Positions 1 to 11,172 of a DNA stretch of 46,776 nucleotides are shown in pieces. Numbering within the stretch: the stretch's first letter is position 1; each line of letters begins with the position of its first letter. Below the pieces are notes generated by a model. It was not told the origin of the DNA. It made no database searches and was given only the letters and a program-made list of their open reading frames with translations. The DNA comes from Octopus sinensis (lineage: Eukaryota), in assembly GCF_006345805.1 (NCBI RefSeq), contig NW_021832757.1, positions 1 through 46,776 on the forward strand, in the 5' to 3' direction. Both the position numbers and the translations under genes were made by a program.

Positions 1-129
1 TGCTTGGCTGATTGAAGGACCACCTACCTATTACCTAAAACCGAAGACACAAAAAACCCAAAGAATTACCGGCCAATAACATGTCTCAACACCACCTACA
101 AAATCCTCACATCCATAATAACGGAGAGA

Positions 130-810
130 ATGTACGCTTTCCTTGAACAAAATTCTATCCTTCCACAAGCTCAAAAAGGTTGTAAAAGAAACTCTTATGG
201 GTGCAAAGACCAATTGCTCATAAACAGAATGATTGTAGAGAATTGCCGGAGCAAAAGCAAAAACCTGAGTATGGCATGGATAGACTACAGGAAAGCGTAT
301 GATAGTGTCCCACATAAATGGATACTCAAGGCCCTTGAGATATACAAGATCTCTCCTGTCGTCTCAAAATTCTTAGAGAATAGCGTGACCATGTGGAACA
401 CAGGTCTCTTTCTAAGCCATAGTAATTGGATGAGCCAGTCCAACAGCATCAACATCAAACGAGGCATCTTTCAAGGTGACTCCCTCTCTCCATTACTTTT
501 TTGTATGGCACTGATCCCACTCTCAAACGAATTGGATAGTACCAGATATGGGTACAAAGTTTTTAGTAAGTTAATAAACCACCTCTTCTATATGGACGAC
601 CTAAAGCTGTTTGCCAGGAATGACCAAGAGCTAGAAGGGCTGCTAACAACTGTTAAAGAGTTTAGCAATGATATCGGAATGGATTTTGGCCTTGATAATT
701 GTGCTAAAGCAACTTTTGTAAGAGGCAAGCTCAGGCAAACAGCTTCTGTTAAATTAGATATTGACACTACCATCAGGAACTTGACCCACAGGAAAGTTAC
801 AAATACCTAG
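130..810 (+). pseudogene. Reverse transcriptase domain of the R4/Dong-type element (interrupted)
   Basis: ORF track 226 aa with QGDSLSPLLF and YMDD; the reading frame is broken downstream. Confidence 0.9.
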
Positions 811-1470
811 GAATCAACGAAGGATGGTATACATCATGCTACTATGAAGGAAAAAATAAGAAAGGAATACTATAGGAGAATAAGGCTTGTACTGAAGACT
901 GAACTCAACTCCAAAAATTGCATTGAGGTCATTAACATCCTGGCACTTCCAGTAGTCCAGTACAGTTTTAAACATCATTAACTGGAACCTTACGGAACTC
1001 CAACGCTTGGACAGGAAGACAAGAAAGTTACTGACATCCAAGAGCATGCACCACCCTAAGGCAGATGTAGACCGCTTGTACCTACCTAGAAGCAGCGGGG
1101 GGAGAGGAATGATGCAATTAGAGCTGTGCTATAAGACCTCTACTGTAGGAATGAACAGGTACCTATCTAGTACAAAGGACTGGATGCTGCGACTTGTGTG
1201 CGAACACGAAAGCAGCAAAAAGCTGCATTCTATTGTCAAGGAAGCTTATAAGTTCGAAAGGGAACTAGACATTACCTTGAATCAGATGAAGAGCCGGAAA
1301 CCACTGCTACCAAGCAAGCAAAGCGAATCGAGCAGACTGCAAAAAAGAACGGGCAGAATCAAATTGAGAGGCGGTGGAGCCAGAAGCCCCTGCATGGACA
1401 ATATATTCTCCGAAGCCAAAATGCTGATGTAGACCAAGCAACAACCCATCAGTGGCTGAAGAGCTCTGGA

Positions 1471-2143
1471 TTGAAAGCAGAGACTGAAGGTTTCATAATG
1501 GCAGCACAAGATCAAAGCTTGTTTACCAGAAATTACCAGGCTAACGTTCTTCGAAACGGTAGTGACCCTAAATGCAGATTCTGCGACACATTTGACGAAA
1601 CGATAGACCATCTCGTTTCGGGATGTCCTGTGCTGACACCAAACGAATACAAAAATCGCCACGATAGGGTAGGACAGTATATACATTGCAAGATATGTAA
1701 ACACTACAAATCCGACACTCCTGCTAACTGGTATGAACACCATCCTCAGCCAGTTGTTGAAGGTAAAGATGTCACCATCCTCTGGGATTTTCCAGTCAAC
1801 ACTGACAGAACGATCAAGGCTAATCGACCAGACATAATTGTTAAAGACAGGGAAGAAAATACCTGCAGACTAATAGAAGTAAGCGTCCCCCCACTGATAA
1901 AAATGTATCTGTCAAGGAATTTGACAAACTTAGTAAATATAAGGACCTGGAAATCGAAATACAGAGGATGTGGAATCTTAAAACAAAAAAAACTGTTCCT
2001 GTTATTGTAGGTGCCCTAGGTATGATAAAAAAGGGATGTCAGAAACACCTAGACAATCTCCTGGAAAACCATGTCTCAAGGAAATCCAAAAGATTGTGCT
2101 AACAAGTACTGCCCACATCCTTAGAAAAACCCTATCAATGTAA
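1471..2143 (+). pseudogene. CCHC zinc knuckle plus PD-(D/E)xK restriction-like endonuclease of the R4/Dong-type element
   Basis: CRFCDTFDETIDHLVSGC, RHDRVGQYIH, WYEHHP, ILWDF, NRPDIIVKD, LIEVSVP. The frameshifted continuation KYKDLEI..VVIGALG-like runs to TAA at 2141-2143. Confidence 0.85.
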
Positions 2144-2290
2144 ATGTTTGTGTTTGCATTACATGGAGATATTTCTCTACTTCCCCTTCCAAGCCTTCAG
2201 CTATATTTCAACAACTCTTACCTTCACTTGCCCTAGGGCGCTGGGTGTGCCCCGGCAGTGATTGCATCAACATGCAGATTAAAAGTAAAT

Positions 2291-2386
2291 GACAATGATA
2301 ATATAATAATAATAATAAACAATAATAATAATGATAGTGATATGATATAATAATATGATAATAATAATAATAACAATAAAATAATG

Positions 2387-2431
<45 letters not shown>

Positions 2432-2464
2432 TAATAATAATAATAATAATAGTAATAATAATAA
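2291..2464 (+). repeat. Imperfect (TAA)n microsatellite
   Basis: Direct reading; lies between the Dong-type 3' end and the tail of a minus-strand SINE. Confidence 0.95.
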
Positions 2465-2676
2465 TTTCTTTCTAATATAGGCACAAGGCCTGAAATTTGC
2501 CGGGTCGGGACAAGTCGATTACTTCGATCTAAGTGTTTCACTGGTACTTAAATTATCAATCCTGAAAGGATGAAAGTGAAAGTCGACCTCGGCGGATTTT
2601 GAACTCAGAACGCAGACAGACGAAATACAGAGAAGCACTTTGTCTGGCGGGACCACGATTTTGCCAGCACGCCGCC
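2465..2676 (-). mobile_element. tRNA-headed SINE family B, full length, with (TTA)n tail
   Basis: Minus strand reads ggcggcgtgctggcaaaatcg..gagttcaaaatccgccgaggtcgacttt..caggccttgtgcctatattagaaagaaattatt. A-box/B-box-like motifs; at least 10 related copies in the window. Confidence 0.85.
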
Positions 2677-2746
<70 letters not shown>

Positions 2747-2789
2747 TGATAACAATAACAACAATAACAACAATAACAATAACAATAAC

Positions 2790-2853
<64 letters not shown>

Positions 2854-2870
2854 TAATGATAATAATAAAA
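2677..2870 (+). repeat. (TAA)n/(CAA,TAA)n microsatellite
   Basis: Direct reading; source of the poly-N/poly-I/poly-L ORFs. Confidence 0.95.
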
Positions 2871-3042
2871 ATAGTTTCAAATTTTGCGTCAAGGGCAGCA
2901 ATGTTCGGGTAGGGGATGAGTTGATTACATTGACCCCAGTGTTTAACTGGTACGTATTTTATCGACCCCGAAATGATGAAAGGCAAAGTCGACCTCGACG
3001 GAATTTGAACTTAGAACGTAGCGGCTATGAAATACCGCTAAG
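2870..3042 (-). mobile_element. SINE family B, 5'-truncated copy
   Basis: Shares aaagtcgacctcg.cggaatttgaact and actggtac..ttttatcgaccccgaaa with 2465-2676. Confidence 0.8.
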
Positions 3043-3144
3043 AACAACAACAACAACAGAAGTAGTAACAGTAAGATATGTACTCTTTCACCACTACATT
3101 CTCTCTCTCTTTCTTCCTGTTTCTGTTGTACCTGTATTTCAAAA

Positions 3145-3310
3145 GTGCCAGCCTTGTCACACTGTGTGTCGCACTGAATCTACCCGAGGACTACGTTAAG
3201 GGTAGACGTGTCTGCGGAGTGTTCAGCCACTTGCACGTTAATTTCACGAGCATACTGTTCCGTTGATCGGATCAACTGGAACCCTCCACGTCATAACTGA
3301 CGGAGTGCCA
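3145..3310 (+). mobile_element. SINE family C, 3' part
   Basis: gccagccttgtcac..cacttgcacgttaatttcacgagca..gatcggatcaactggaaccctc matches the reverse complement of 6171-6330. Confidence 0.75.
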
Positions 3311-3484
3311 CGGACGGGACAGAACTGGGAGTGGTTATTATCGGTTTAGCATAGAGTAAATTCGGCCTATCCTAGCCTAGAGACAAATTAATTCGACTTA
3401 AGTCGTTTTTTGACTTACCAATTAACGACGCAGGGTGAGGTATACCTGTATATTTATTGTTGTATTTAGGAATGGTCATTTTCC

Positions 3485-3492
3485 TTATTGTT

Positions 3493-3572
<80 letters not shown>

Positions 3573-3598
3573 CATCATTATTATTATTATTATCATCA

Positions 3599-3644
<46 letters not shown>

Positions 3645-3829
3645 CATCATTATTATTATTATTATCATCATCATTATTATTATTATTATTGTTATTATTA
3701 TCATTATTATTATTATTATTAATATTATTATCATCATCATCATCATTATTATATTATTATTAATTATTATTATCATTATTATTATTATATTATTATTATT
3801 ATTATATATTATCATTATTATCATCATCA

Positions 3830-3884
<55 letters not shown>

Positions 3885-3905
3885 CATCATTATTATTATT
3901 ATTAT
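3485..3905 (+). repeat. (ATT)n/(ATC)n microsatellite
   Basis: Direct reading. Confidence 0.95.
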
Positions 3906-4574
3906 TTGCCATATAAGCAAACGCACTATATATTCGTTCTTCACTCGTTTATTACTGTTCTTATTCTAACTCATGTCCATTGTCCGGAAATCTTTCGTCA
4001 CACATCTGTGACCTCTTCAGCAACACTTATCGTTTCCGTGCGTGTTCTTGTTCCACTTACTCCATGCTGTGTATCTTTATGTGCGCATGCGTATGTGCCC
4101 ATGTTTGTGTGTGTGTGTGTGTGCATGAGTGTGTGTGTGTATGCTTGTGTGTATCATAGTTTTTAGCAGCAGTGTGACCTTCTCCTCAGCCCCATCCTCT
4201 CAGCCCCATCCTCTCACCCCCATATATACACATGCATAAAAATGTTTGGTTTGGTTTTTAAAAATGCAATTTAACATTGAACTGAAGGATTACTCGGAGT
4301 TTATTATTCTTGGAAAAGAATACTGTTGACAGGGACTGCGAAGTATCGGTTTGCAAAGCCATCATATTCTCGTATGTATGTATGTATGTATGTATGTATG
4401 TATATACTGTATGTATGAATATGTGTGTATATACTGTATGTATATACTGTGTGTATGTATGTATGTACGTATCTATGTATGTATGTATGTATGTATATGT
4501 GTATGTATATACTGTATGCATGTATGTATGTGAGTGTCTTTCTATTTGTATGTGAGTGTCTTTCTATTCGTGTC

Positions 4575-4790
4575 TTTCTATTTGTATTTGTTCCCTCACC
4601 ACCCTACTGATAACTAGTATTGGTTTGTTTACGTCCCCGTAAGCTAGCGGATCGGCAAAAGCACAGACAGAATAATTTTTAAAAAAGCAAACAACAATAC
4701 AACTGCGGTTGATTCGATCGGCTAAAACCCTTTATAGCGACACTCCAGCATGGTCGCAATCCAATGAACGAGGCAAGTAAAATATAAAGA
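4575..4790 (+). mobile_element. SINE family A, diverged 3' half
   Basis: gtttacgtccccgtaagctagcggatcggcaaaag..ctccagcatggtcgcaatccaatga..caagtaaaa. Confidence 0.7.
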
Positions 4791-5304
4791 ATATATATGA
4801 AATAAAATACGTTCAAACAGGAATACTTCGAGTATAGATTTCAGTTCATTTACTCTTCAATATTTTTACTACCTCCTCTCCTCCCCTCCTCTTCGCATAC
4901 ACCGTTGTTCTGAATTCACACGAAACTAAAGAAACGGTAAAATGGTAAACTGGAATGTGAGAAGCAACTGGATTGGTATTTCACAGAACATTTATTCACA
5001 AGATTGTGAAACTGGAGATAAAAATCATTCCGAATACTTTTTATTTAACCCCAGGTCAGACCTGATCCAGAAATCTTATGATCAAAAACGAGAGATGTTC
5101 TAGCTGTAAGTGTCCTATCTGTCCTTGTTTTGTGTGTCAAGGTTTCTAAGCGGTAGGAGACGTTTGAGGGAATTTAGTCAGCTATTTTTAGCTGGTCCAG
5201 TGACACATCAGAGGCACCTTGACAAGTGAGTGTTGGCTGTTTGCAAAACCATCCTTCTCCAATAATCTAATATACTAATACACATACACACATACACACA
5301 TGTG

Positions 5305-5505
5305 TGGGGCGTGTCCGTGTTTGTTCCCCACCACTGCTAGACAAACGGTAACTGAGCATTTCAGCAATAGAGACCGACAAAATAACTACCAGGCTTAAAA
5401 CAAACACCAAAAAAGATAGGTCCTGGGGTCGCTTTGTTCGACTAAAATTCTTCGAGGCTGTGCCCCAGCATGGCTACAGTCTAATGACTGAAACAAGTAA
5501 ACGAT
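5305..5505 (+). mobile_element. SINE family A, 3' half
   Basis: gtcctggggtcg..cgactaaaa..ccccagcatggctacagtctaatgactgaaacaagtaa. Confidence 0.75.
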
Positions 5506-5515
5506 AATAGACGCA

Positions 5516-5556
<41 letters not shown>

Positions 5557-5565
5557 TACACACAT

Positions 5566-5953
5566 GTGGTTGTGTGGTAGGAAGCTTGCTTCCCAACCAC
5601 ATGGTTCCAGGTTCAGTCACAATGTGTGACACCTTGGGCAAGTGACTTCTACTATAGCCTCGGGCCAACCAAAGCCTTGTGAGTGGATTTGGTAGACGGA
5701 AACTGAATGAAGCCCGTCGTGTATATATATATATATATGTATATATGTTTGTGTGCCTGTGTTTGTCCCACCACTATCGCTTGACAACCGATGTTGGTGT
5801 GTTTATGTTTCCGTAATATAGCGGTTCGACAAAAGAGATCGATAGAATAAGTACTAGGCTTACAAAGAATAAGTCCTGGGGTTGATTTGTTCGACTAAAG
5901 GCGGTGCTCCAGCATAGCCGCAGTCAAATGTCTGAAACAAGTAAAGATTAAAA

Positions 5954-5955
<2 letters not shown>
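5566..5955 (+). mobile_element. SINE family A, full length: tRNA-like head, CORE-like domain, internal (TA)/(TG) tract, LINE-like tail
   Basis: Head gtggttgtgtggtag..ggttccaggttcagtc. The segment tgtgacaccttgggcaagtgactt resembles the CORE-SINE (MIR) core. Tail gcggtgctccagcat..cagtcaaatg.ctgaaacaagtaaa. Confidence 0.85.
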
Positions 5956-6007
<52 letters not shown>

Positions 6008-6025
6008 ATATATATATAATATATA

Positions 6026-6094
<69 letters not shown>

Positions 6095-6097
<3 letters not shown>

Positions 6098-6699
6098 CAA
6101 AATAAGCAACAAGGATATCCAAGGTAGTGTAGTACAATCGTTTCATGGCTACTTCATTTTATTCTAAAAAGACTCCGCCGGTTACGACGACGAGGGTCCC
6201 AGCTGATACGATCACGGAAAGCAGCTGCTCGTGAAATTAACGTGCAATGGCTGAGCATTCCACAGACACGTGTATACCTTAACGTAGTTCTCGGGATAAT
6301 CAGCGTGACACAGAGAGTGACAAGGCTGACCCTTTGAAGTACAAGTACAACTCATTTTTGCCAGCTGAGTGGACTGGAGCAACGTGAAATAAAGTGTCTT
6401 GCTCAAGGACACAACGCGTCGCCGGGAATCGAACTCACAACCTTACGATCATGAGCCGAATGCCCTAACCACTAAGCCACGCGCCCTCACACTTCATTTT
6501 ATTAAACAATGTAAGTATTACATCAGTTTTAAAATGTAGAGCAATCTTCAGCCACATATAGAATTTTCCAATTAAATAGACAATGTACATTTTTATACTT
6601 ATTCCATTTGCCAACATTACAAAGAGGGTAGATATATAGACAGAGAGGTTAATTTCATCATTAAGAACATGGTAGTAGAAGGTCCTTCTTCATGGGCAG

Positions 6700-6700
<1 letters not shown>
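6095..6700 (-). mobile_element. Penelope-like pseudo-LTR remnant with a hammerhead-like motif, split by a SINE
   Basis: Removing the SINE and one TSD restores gtgg-CTGAAGA-...-GAAA-cgattg-TA-ctac on the minus strand. The end aaaataagcaacaaggatatcc is shared with 9030-9055. Confidence 0.55.
6164..6490 (-). mobile_element. SINE family C, full length, with 13-bp target-site duplication
   Basis: TSD acttcattttatt at 6151-6163 and 6491-6503. tRNA-like head gtgagggcgcgtggcttagtggttagg..gagttcgattccc, followed by tgtgtccttgagcaagacactt. Confidence 0.9.
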
Positions 6701-6741
<41 letters not shown>

Positions 6742-7149
6742 TCGGGGTGAGTACTTGATAATTATAAGCACCTGTGTATACCGTTTGGATCCACTTTATG
6801 ATTATATGAGCGTCCGTGTACGTAAGTATACGTATACATATATGTACATATGTACGAGTAAACATCTACGTCTGGATGTACATACCCCGTATTTCTTCTT
6901 TACATGTGTTCTTATATTCATATGTTTACACCTATTTGTATACATCTTTTAATATCTATAGCTATACCCATATGCGCGTATGTCTCTGTGTGTGTATGTA
7001 AGTGTATATGGTGCACGCACATATGGACACACAGCCGTGTGTGCGTGCACGTGTAGACGTGAGTGTCGTGATTCTTTACATACGTTCTTATATACATCCT
7101 TTAATATCTTATATCTACCCGGGTATATGGGTTGTATGTATCCATGATG

Positions 7150-7905
7150 GTAATGTACTGTTCTAGATGACCAATTAATTCAAGACCAGATTAAAAAACG
7201 CTCAACAGCTCTGATTTACAACACATTAGGTCCCCAGACGGACAATGTGATTTATTGACACCCAAAACTTCTACAACTAAATTTTATCATCTCCTGACCA
7301 CCATGTTTGGTCCGTACCTCTATACATCCCTTATCTTATATTTTTTTACATTTATCATGTTTATTCTCTTTTTATTTTTTTACTTTTACTTTTACTTTAT
7401 TTCTATTTCTAATTTTTACTTTATAACCTTATGCCTTTACTCATTTATATTTCTTTATATTTCTTTATATTCTTATACCCCCTTTACATCTCCTTATATC
7501 CCTTCATACCTTTATACTCTACATTTTTATATTTTTCTATACTTACACTTTTTATACATTTTTATCCCTCGTCCTGAATTCTCGCCCCGCCATCTTCACG
7601 TCTATATATGTATTTATTTATTTACATTACTTCACATCCAAATTTCCTCATTCTACATTGAGAGAAGAAAGAGATGGACGCTTCAATTCTATGCTGCTGC
7701 CGCATTATGTCGTACGAGAATGAGAGGATGGCATCCATCCCAACCAAGAATTTTTGATGTAACACATGTCCTTGTTGAGGCTGTTGTGCGCGGCTGAAGA
7801 AGGCCACAGACATACATTATGCATTGTTAAAATCTGTCTAATAAAGGCCCGAAACATATGTACCCCTGAATCCTTCGCATCATGTTTTTATTTTGATCAA
7901 TTTTA
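7150..7905 (+). mobile_element. Penelope-like element 3' region/pseudo-LTR remnant
   Basis: A T-rich UTR-like stretch is followed by a hammerhead-like motif and a (TA)n junction. The upstream IYNTLGP resembles a GIY-YIG C-terminus only weakly. Confidence 0.5.
7790..7866 (+). ncRNA. Hammerhead-ribozyme-like motif (type I, minimal helix III)
   Basis: gcgg CTGAAGA a ggcc acagac..tctgt..ggcc c GAAA catatg T A cccc. Helix III ACATATGT is a perfect palindrome; GUA triplet; helix I has one mismatch. Confidence 0.6.
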
Positions 7906-7949
7906 TATATATATATAATATATATATATATAATATATATATATATATA

Positions 7950-8345
7950 TAATATTATCAATAATAAAGGGTAAAATTAATTAATTATTAATTAATTTTA
8001 CCAAGTAGTGTTCAGTATGTAAAAAGACCATTTACGGTATATTTAAAACATTACGTTATATAATTAGGGTTCAGTAAAATAATTTACTTTACCACACATC
8101 GAACTTTTAGAAATAGCAGCCAAAAAATCTTAGCTATTTCTTCTATTATAAGAAAAATCTCCCAGACAATGTATACTCAAAAATAATTCACGCATGTATA
8201 GAGGTAAAATAACGAAAGATCACACGTACATCGATTACTTGAGAACACCGTTTCTAGATTAGTTGAATATAAAGATCAACATTTCCTTCGTCAGCTCAAA
8301 GATTTCTTTAGATTTGGATTTGAGAGCACTAAAAGTCGAACATAC
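7950..8345 (-). mobile_element. Penelope-like pseudo-LTR plus 3' extension, between (TA)n tracts
   Basis: Shares ttagaaatagcagccaaa, aaaataacgaaa and catttcctt.gtca with the 14087-14436 arm; contains a hammerhead-like motif. Confidence 0.6.
8239..8299 (-). ncRNA. Hammerhead-ribozyme-like motif
   Basis: Minus strand: ttgag CTGACGA a gga..tct a GAAA cggtg T T ctcaa. Perfect 5-bp helix I. Confidence 0.6.
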
Positions 8346-8400
8346 CCGTAATATATATATATATTATATATATAGATATATATATATATATATATATATA

Positions 8401-8870
8401 CCAATTAAGGACTGAACACGAAAAGTGGACAGTCAACATGCTAGATATAGACGTCAAATCGCCATTCTCCACAAACGATTATGTTCCTCAAATCAAACTC
8501 AGCACAAACCCAAGCAATAAACAAGTGAAAATATACGAAATAAATACTTATCGGGCCATGCTGATGAAGCTACAGGTATCCATCCTTGCGGATAATAATA
8601 GCCGAAACTGATCAGTACATGGATAAGTATTTTATTTCGTATATTTTCACTGGTTTATTGCTTGGGTTTGTGCTGAGTTTGATTTGAGAACATAATCTTT
8701 TGTGGAGAATGGCGATTTGACGTCTATATCTAGCATATTGACTGTCCACTTTTCGTGTTCATCCTTAATTGGTATATATAAATATTTTAATCTTCGGATT
8801 CTTTTTTAATATGCTAGACCACTGTTTTAATGATAAATATGATTTCTTACACTAATTAATTTTATGATAT
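8401..8870 (+). mobile_element. Fold-back Penelope-like element: inverted arms 8401-8552 and 8622-8772, hammerhead in the loop, ~100-bp 3' extension
   Basis: ccaattaagga..atacttatc is mirrored by gataagtat..tccttaattgg with few mismatches; flanked by (TA)n. Confidence 0.75.
8556..8622 (+). ncRNA. Hammerhead-ribozyme-like motif filling the fold-back loop
   Basis: ccatg CTGATGA a gcta..(tatcc/ggata)..tagc c GAAA ctgatcag T A catgg. Helix III ACTGATCAGT is palindromic; helix I is a perfect 5 bp. Confidence 0.75.
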
Positions 8871-8925
<55 letters not shown>

Positions 8926-9239
8926 ATATAAGTTCAGTAAAATTAGATTCAGATGAATATGGTACTTAAGTTAAAAGCACCAGAATTTAGCATGGTATTA
9001 TCCATATAATTCAAAACAGGGTGATTATAACCAAAATAAGCAACAAGGATATCCAGAGGTAATGCAGATATCCTGAAAACTTCATGAAAACTTCAAACTG
9101 AAGTCCTTCTTGAGCGACACGTTTTCCCATTCGTCTCAATATAGAATTGCAGAGAGTATTTATGGAATTTTGATTGACTGTCACGTGACTTCCAGCCAAC
9201 CCTCTATATGTATACTCTTTTACTTTTTTTTTTTAACCA

Positions 9240-9435
9240 TGTTTCAATTATTTGACTGCGGCCATGCTGGAGTACCGCCCCTAGTCGAAGTAATCCGCCC
9301 CAGGACTTATTCTTTGTAAGCCTAGTACTTAATCTACCGGTGTATTTTGCCGAACCACTAAGTTATGGGGACGTAAACGCACCAGCATCGGTTGTCAAGC
9401 GATGGTGGGGTGGGGGACAAAAAAGACACACAGAT
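9240..9435 (-). mobile_element. SINE family A, 3' half
   Basis: tttgactgcggccatgctggagtaccgcc..gacttattctttgtaagcctagtact. Confidence 0.85.
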
Positions 9436-9455
9436 ACATGCATACATACGTATAT

Positions 9456-9504
<49 letters not shown>

Positions 9505-9516
9505 AAATGTAAAAAA

Positions 9517-9633
9517 TACAAACTGGGACAAGAACGTAAAATATTTAGGAGACGATACTAAAAACACGGACGGGACATTCGAAGCCTTCAATCTTCAGTC
9601 AAGAACCGGATCATCCTCACAATTTCGGCTGAT
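9517..9633 (-). repeat. Interspersed repeat (unclassified), also at 33535-33655 (+) and 36957-37077 (-)
   Basis: aaatacaaactggg..cggacgggacattcgaagccttcaatcttcagtcaagaaccggatcatcctc.caatttcggctgat is near-identical in all three places. Confidence 0.8.
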
Positions 9634-9651
9634 ATATATATATATATTTAC

Positions 9652-9714
<63 letters not shown>

Positions 9715-9719
<5 letters not shown>

Positions 9720-10010
9720 ATTTAAAATGAGGGTGAGAAATTGGATATTAATTTAATTAACATCAATTTAACACCAGTCGTCTAGCATATTAAAATCTGA
9801 AAGTTCAGTAAATTGTATTATATACATACGAGAGGGATGACCACTATGTGAAACATGTATGTGAATAATCTATATTTTTGTTACTTTTCATTTATCTTGC
9901 TCGCTTGCGTTCTGGTGTTTGCTAAATTTTTTTTGAGAACATTTCTTAGTGGTAAGACCATAGCGGATCTACTTCTAGCATAAGGGTTGTGCACATAGTG
10001 GTCATTCTTC
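9715..10010. mobile_element. Small fold-back Penelope-like element
   Basis: gagggatgaccactatgtg (~9832-9850) is mirrored by cacatagtggtcattcttc (~9991-10009). Half hammerhead GAAA catg T A at 9850-9859. The reverse complement of 9715-9850 matches 41935-42062. Confidence 0.55.
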
Positions 10011-10031
10011 ACACACACACACACACACCAC

Positions 10032-10081
<50 letters not shown>

Positions 10082-10209
10082 GAAGAAATGAGGTACTCAG
10101 AAGATCGGATGTTTATATTTACAGATCTATAATTTATATATTACATTTTTTATATACATATCATATCACTTAGATCAATAGCGCTTCTCCCATTCTAGTG
10201 GGGTTTTCA

Positions 10210-10264
<55 letters not shown>

Positions 10265-10268
<4 letters not shown>

Positions 10269-10405
10269 GACGGGCTTCGTTCTGTTTCCGTCTACCAGAG
10301 CCACTCACAAGTATTTGGTCTGCTCGAGGTGCCCGCCGTGGGACCGAACCTGGAACAATGTGGTTAAAAAAGCAAGCTTCTTACCACGCAACCACTCCTA
10401 CGCCT
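10265..10405 (-). mobile_element. SINE family A, 5' half with internal deletion
   Basis: cgacgggcttc..tttccgtctacca..ccactcacaag and cttaccacgcaaccactcctacgcc. Confidence 0.75.
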
Positions 10406-10456
10406 ACAATATGTGTATAATATTCTCTCTCGCGTCGAACGGCCTACGCAAATGTT

Positions 10457-11172
10457 AGTTAGTTAGTTAGTTAATTTTTGGGCTCAAAAAGCAAAAAGCA
10501 AGGCCATGTAGGGGGACATGGAGTTATGTTCAGGGTGGTGTTCATGTAAAGAGTTTAGGCCACTTGTGGTCAAGGGAGACTTTGAACCGAGCGGTCGTCG
10601 GCATCTTCACTATCTCGTCCGGCAGCTTATTCCACGGATCCGCAACCCGGACGGAGAAAGCCTCTCTCCTTCCATTGAGATGAAATCGTCGCAGATAGAG
10701 CTTTTCGGAATGACCCCGCAGCCGACGCTCTGGAGCAGGAGTGAAGAACAGCTCTTTCGAGAGGTTACACTTTCCGCTTATGATGTTGTGAGCGAGAATG
10801 AGATCACCACGGCGTCGTCGTTTTTCTAGAGAATAAAGGTCGAGCGGCTTCAGCCTTTCTTCATAAGACAAATGCTTGAGACCAAGAACCATGCGGGTAG
10901 CCAGCTTCTGGACTCTTTCGAGATGCTGTATGTCTTTGAGGAGATAAGGAGAAGAGGCTTGAATCCCGTACTCCAATATGGGTCTCACCAGCGTGACATA
11001 GAGCGGTAGGAATATGGCTGCTGTGAGCATTCCGAATGACCGTCGAATCAAGAACAGAACTCCGCGTGCTTTGTTGGCAGCATGGACGCACTGGGCCGAA
11101 GGCGAAAAGGAAGAATCCACCAAGATACCGAGGTCCTTTACCTGGGCGGTCCAATGATTTGTTCCTAGTGAT
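10457..11172 (-). mobile_element. 5'-truncated CR1-clade LINE with (TAAC)n tail and probable TSD
   Basis: Open 193-aa C-terminal ORF2 frame (KDLGILVD, LVRPILEY, LERVQKLATRMV, YEERL, LEKRRRRGDLI, LRGHS, FSVRV..WNKLP). Tail ttagttagttag on the plus strand. caaatgtt at 10449-10456 and 11173-11180. Confidence 0.9.

Larger units (their letters stand above)
1..2290 (+). mobile_element. R4/Dong-clade non-LTR retrotransposon, degenerate, 5' part runs off the window; 3' UTR ends at a (TAA)n tract
   Basis: RT motifs QKGC..GCKDQL, AWIDYRKAYDSVPH, GIFQGDSLSPLLF, HLFYMDDLKL (130-810). CCHC knuckle CRFC..ETIDHLVSGC, RHD motif and RPDIIV..LIEVSVP..KYKDL restriction-like endonuclease (1471-2000). Several frameshifts and a stop at 808-810. 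Confidence 0.9.

Noticed and set aside
4181-4222. Short 16-bp tandem repeat (ctctcagccccatc..), and a 33-bp duplication at about 31352-31417
   Set aside because: Two to three units only; ordinary slippage duplications.
6415-6490. tRNA-like sequences (also at 25637, 39593, 15680 and others)
   Set aside because: A/B boxes are present, but each continues into a SINE body and no complete cloverleaf was found; these are SINE heads, not tRNA genes.
7255-7797. 180-aa hydrophobic ORF resembling a membrane protein
   Set aside because: Non-ATG start; the F/Y/L/I richness comes from a T-rich UTR-like repeat upstream of a hammerhead motif.
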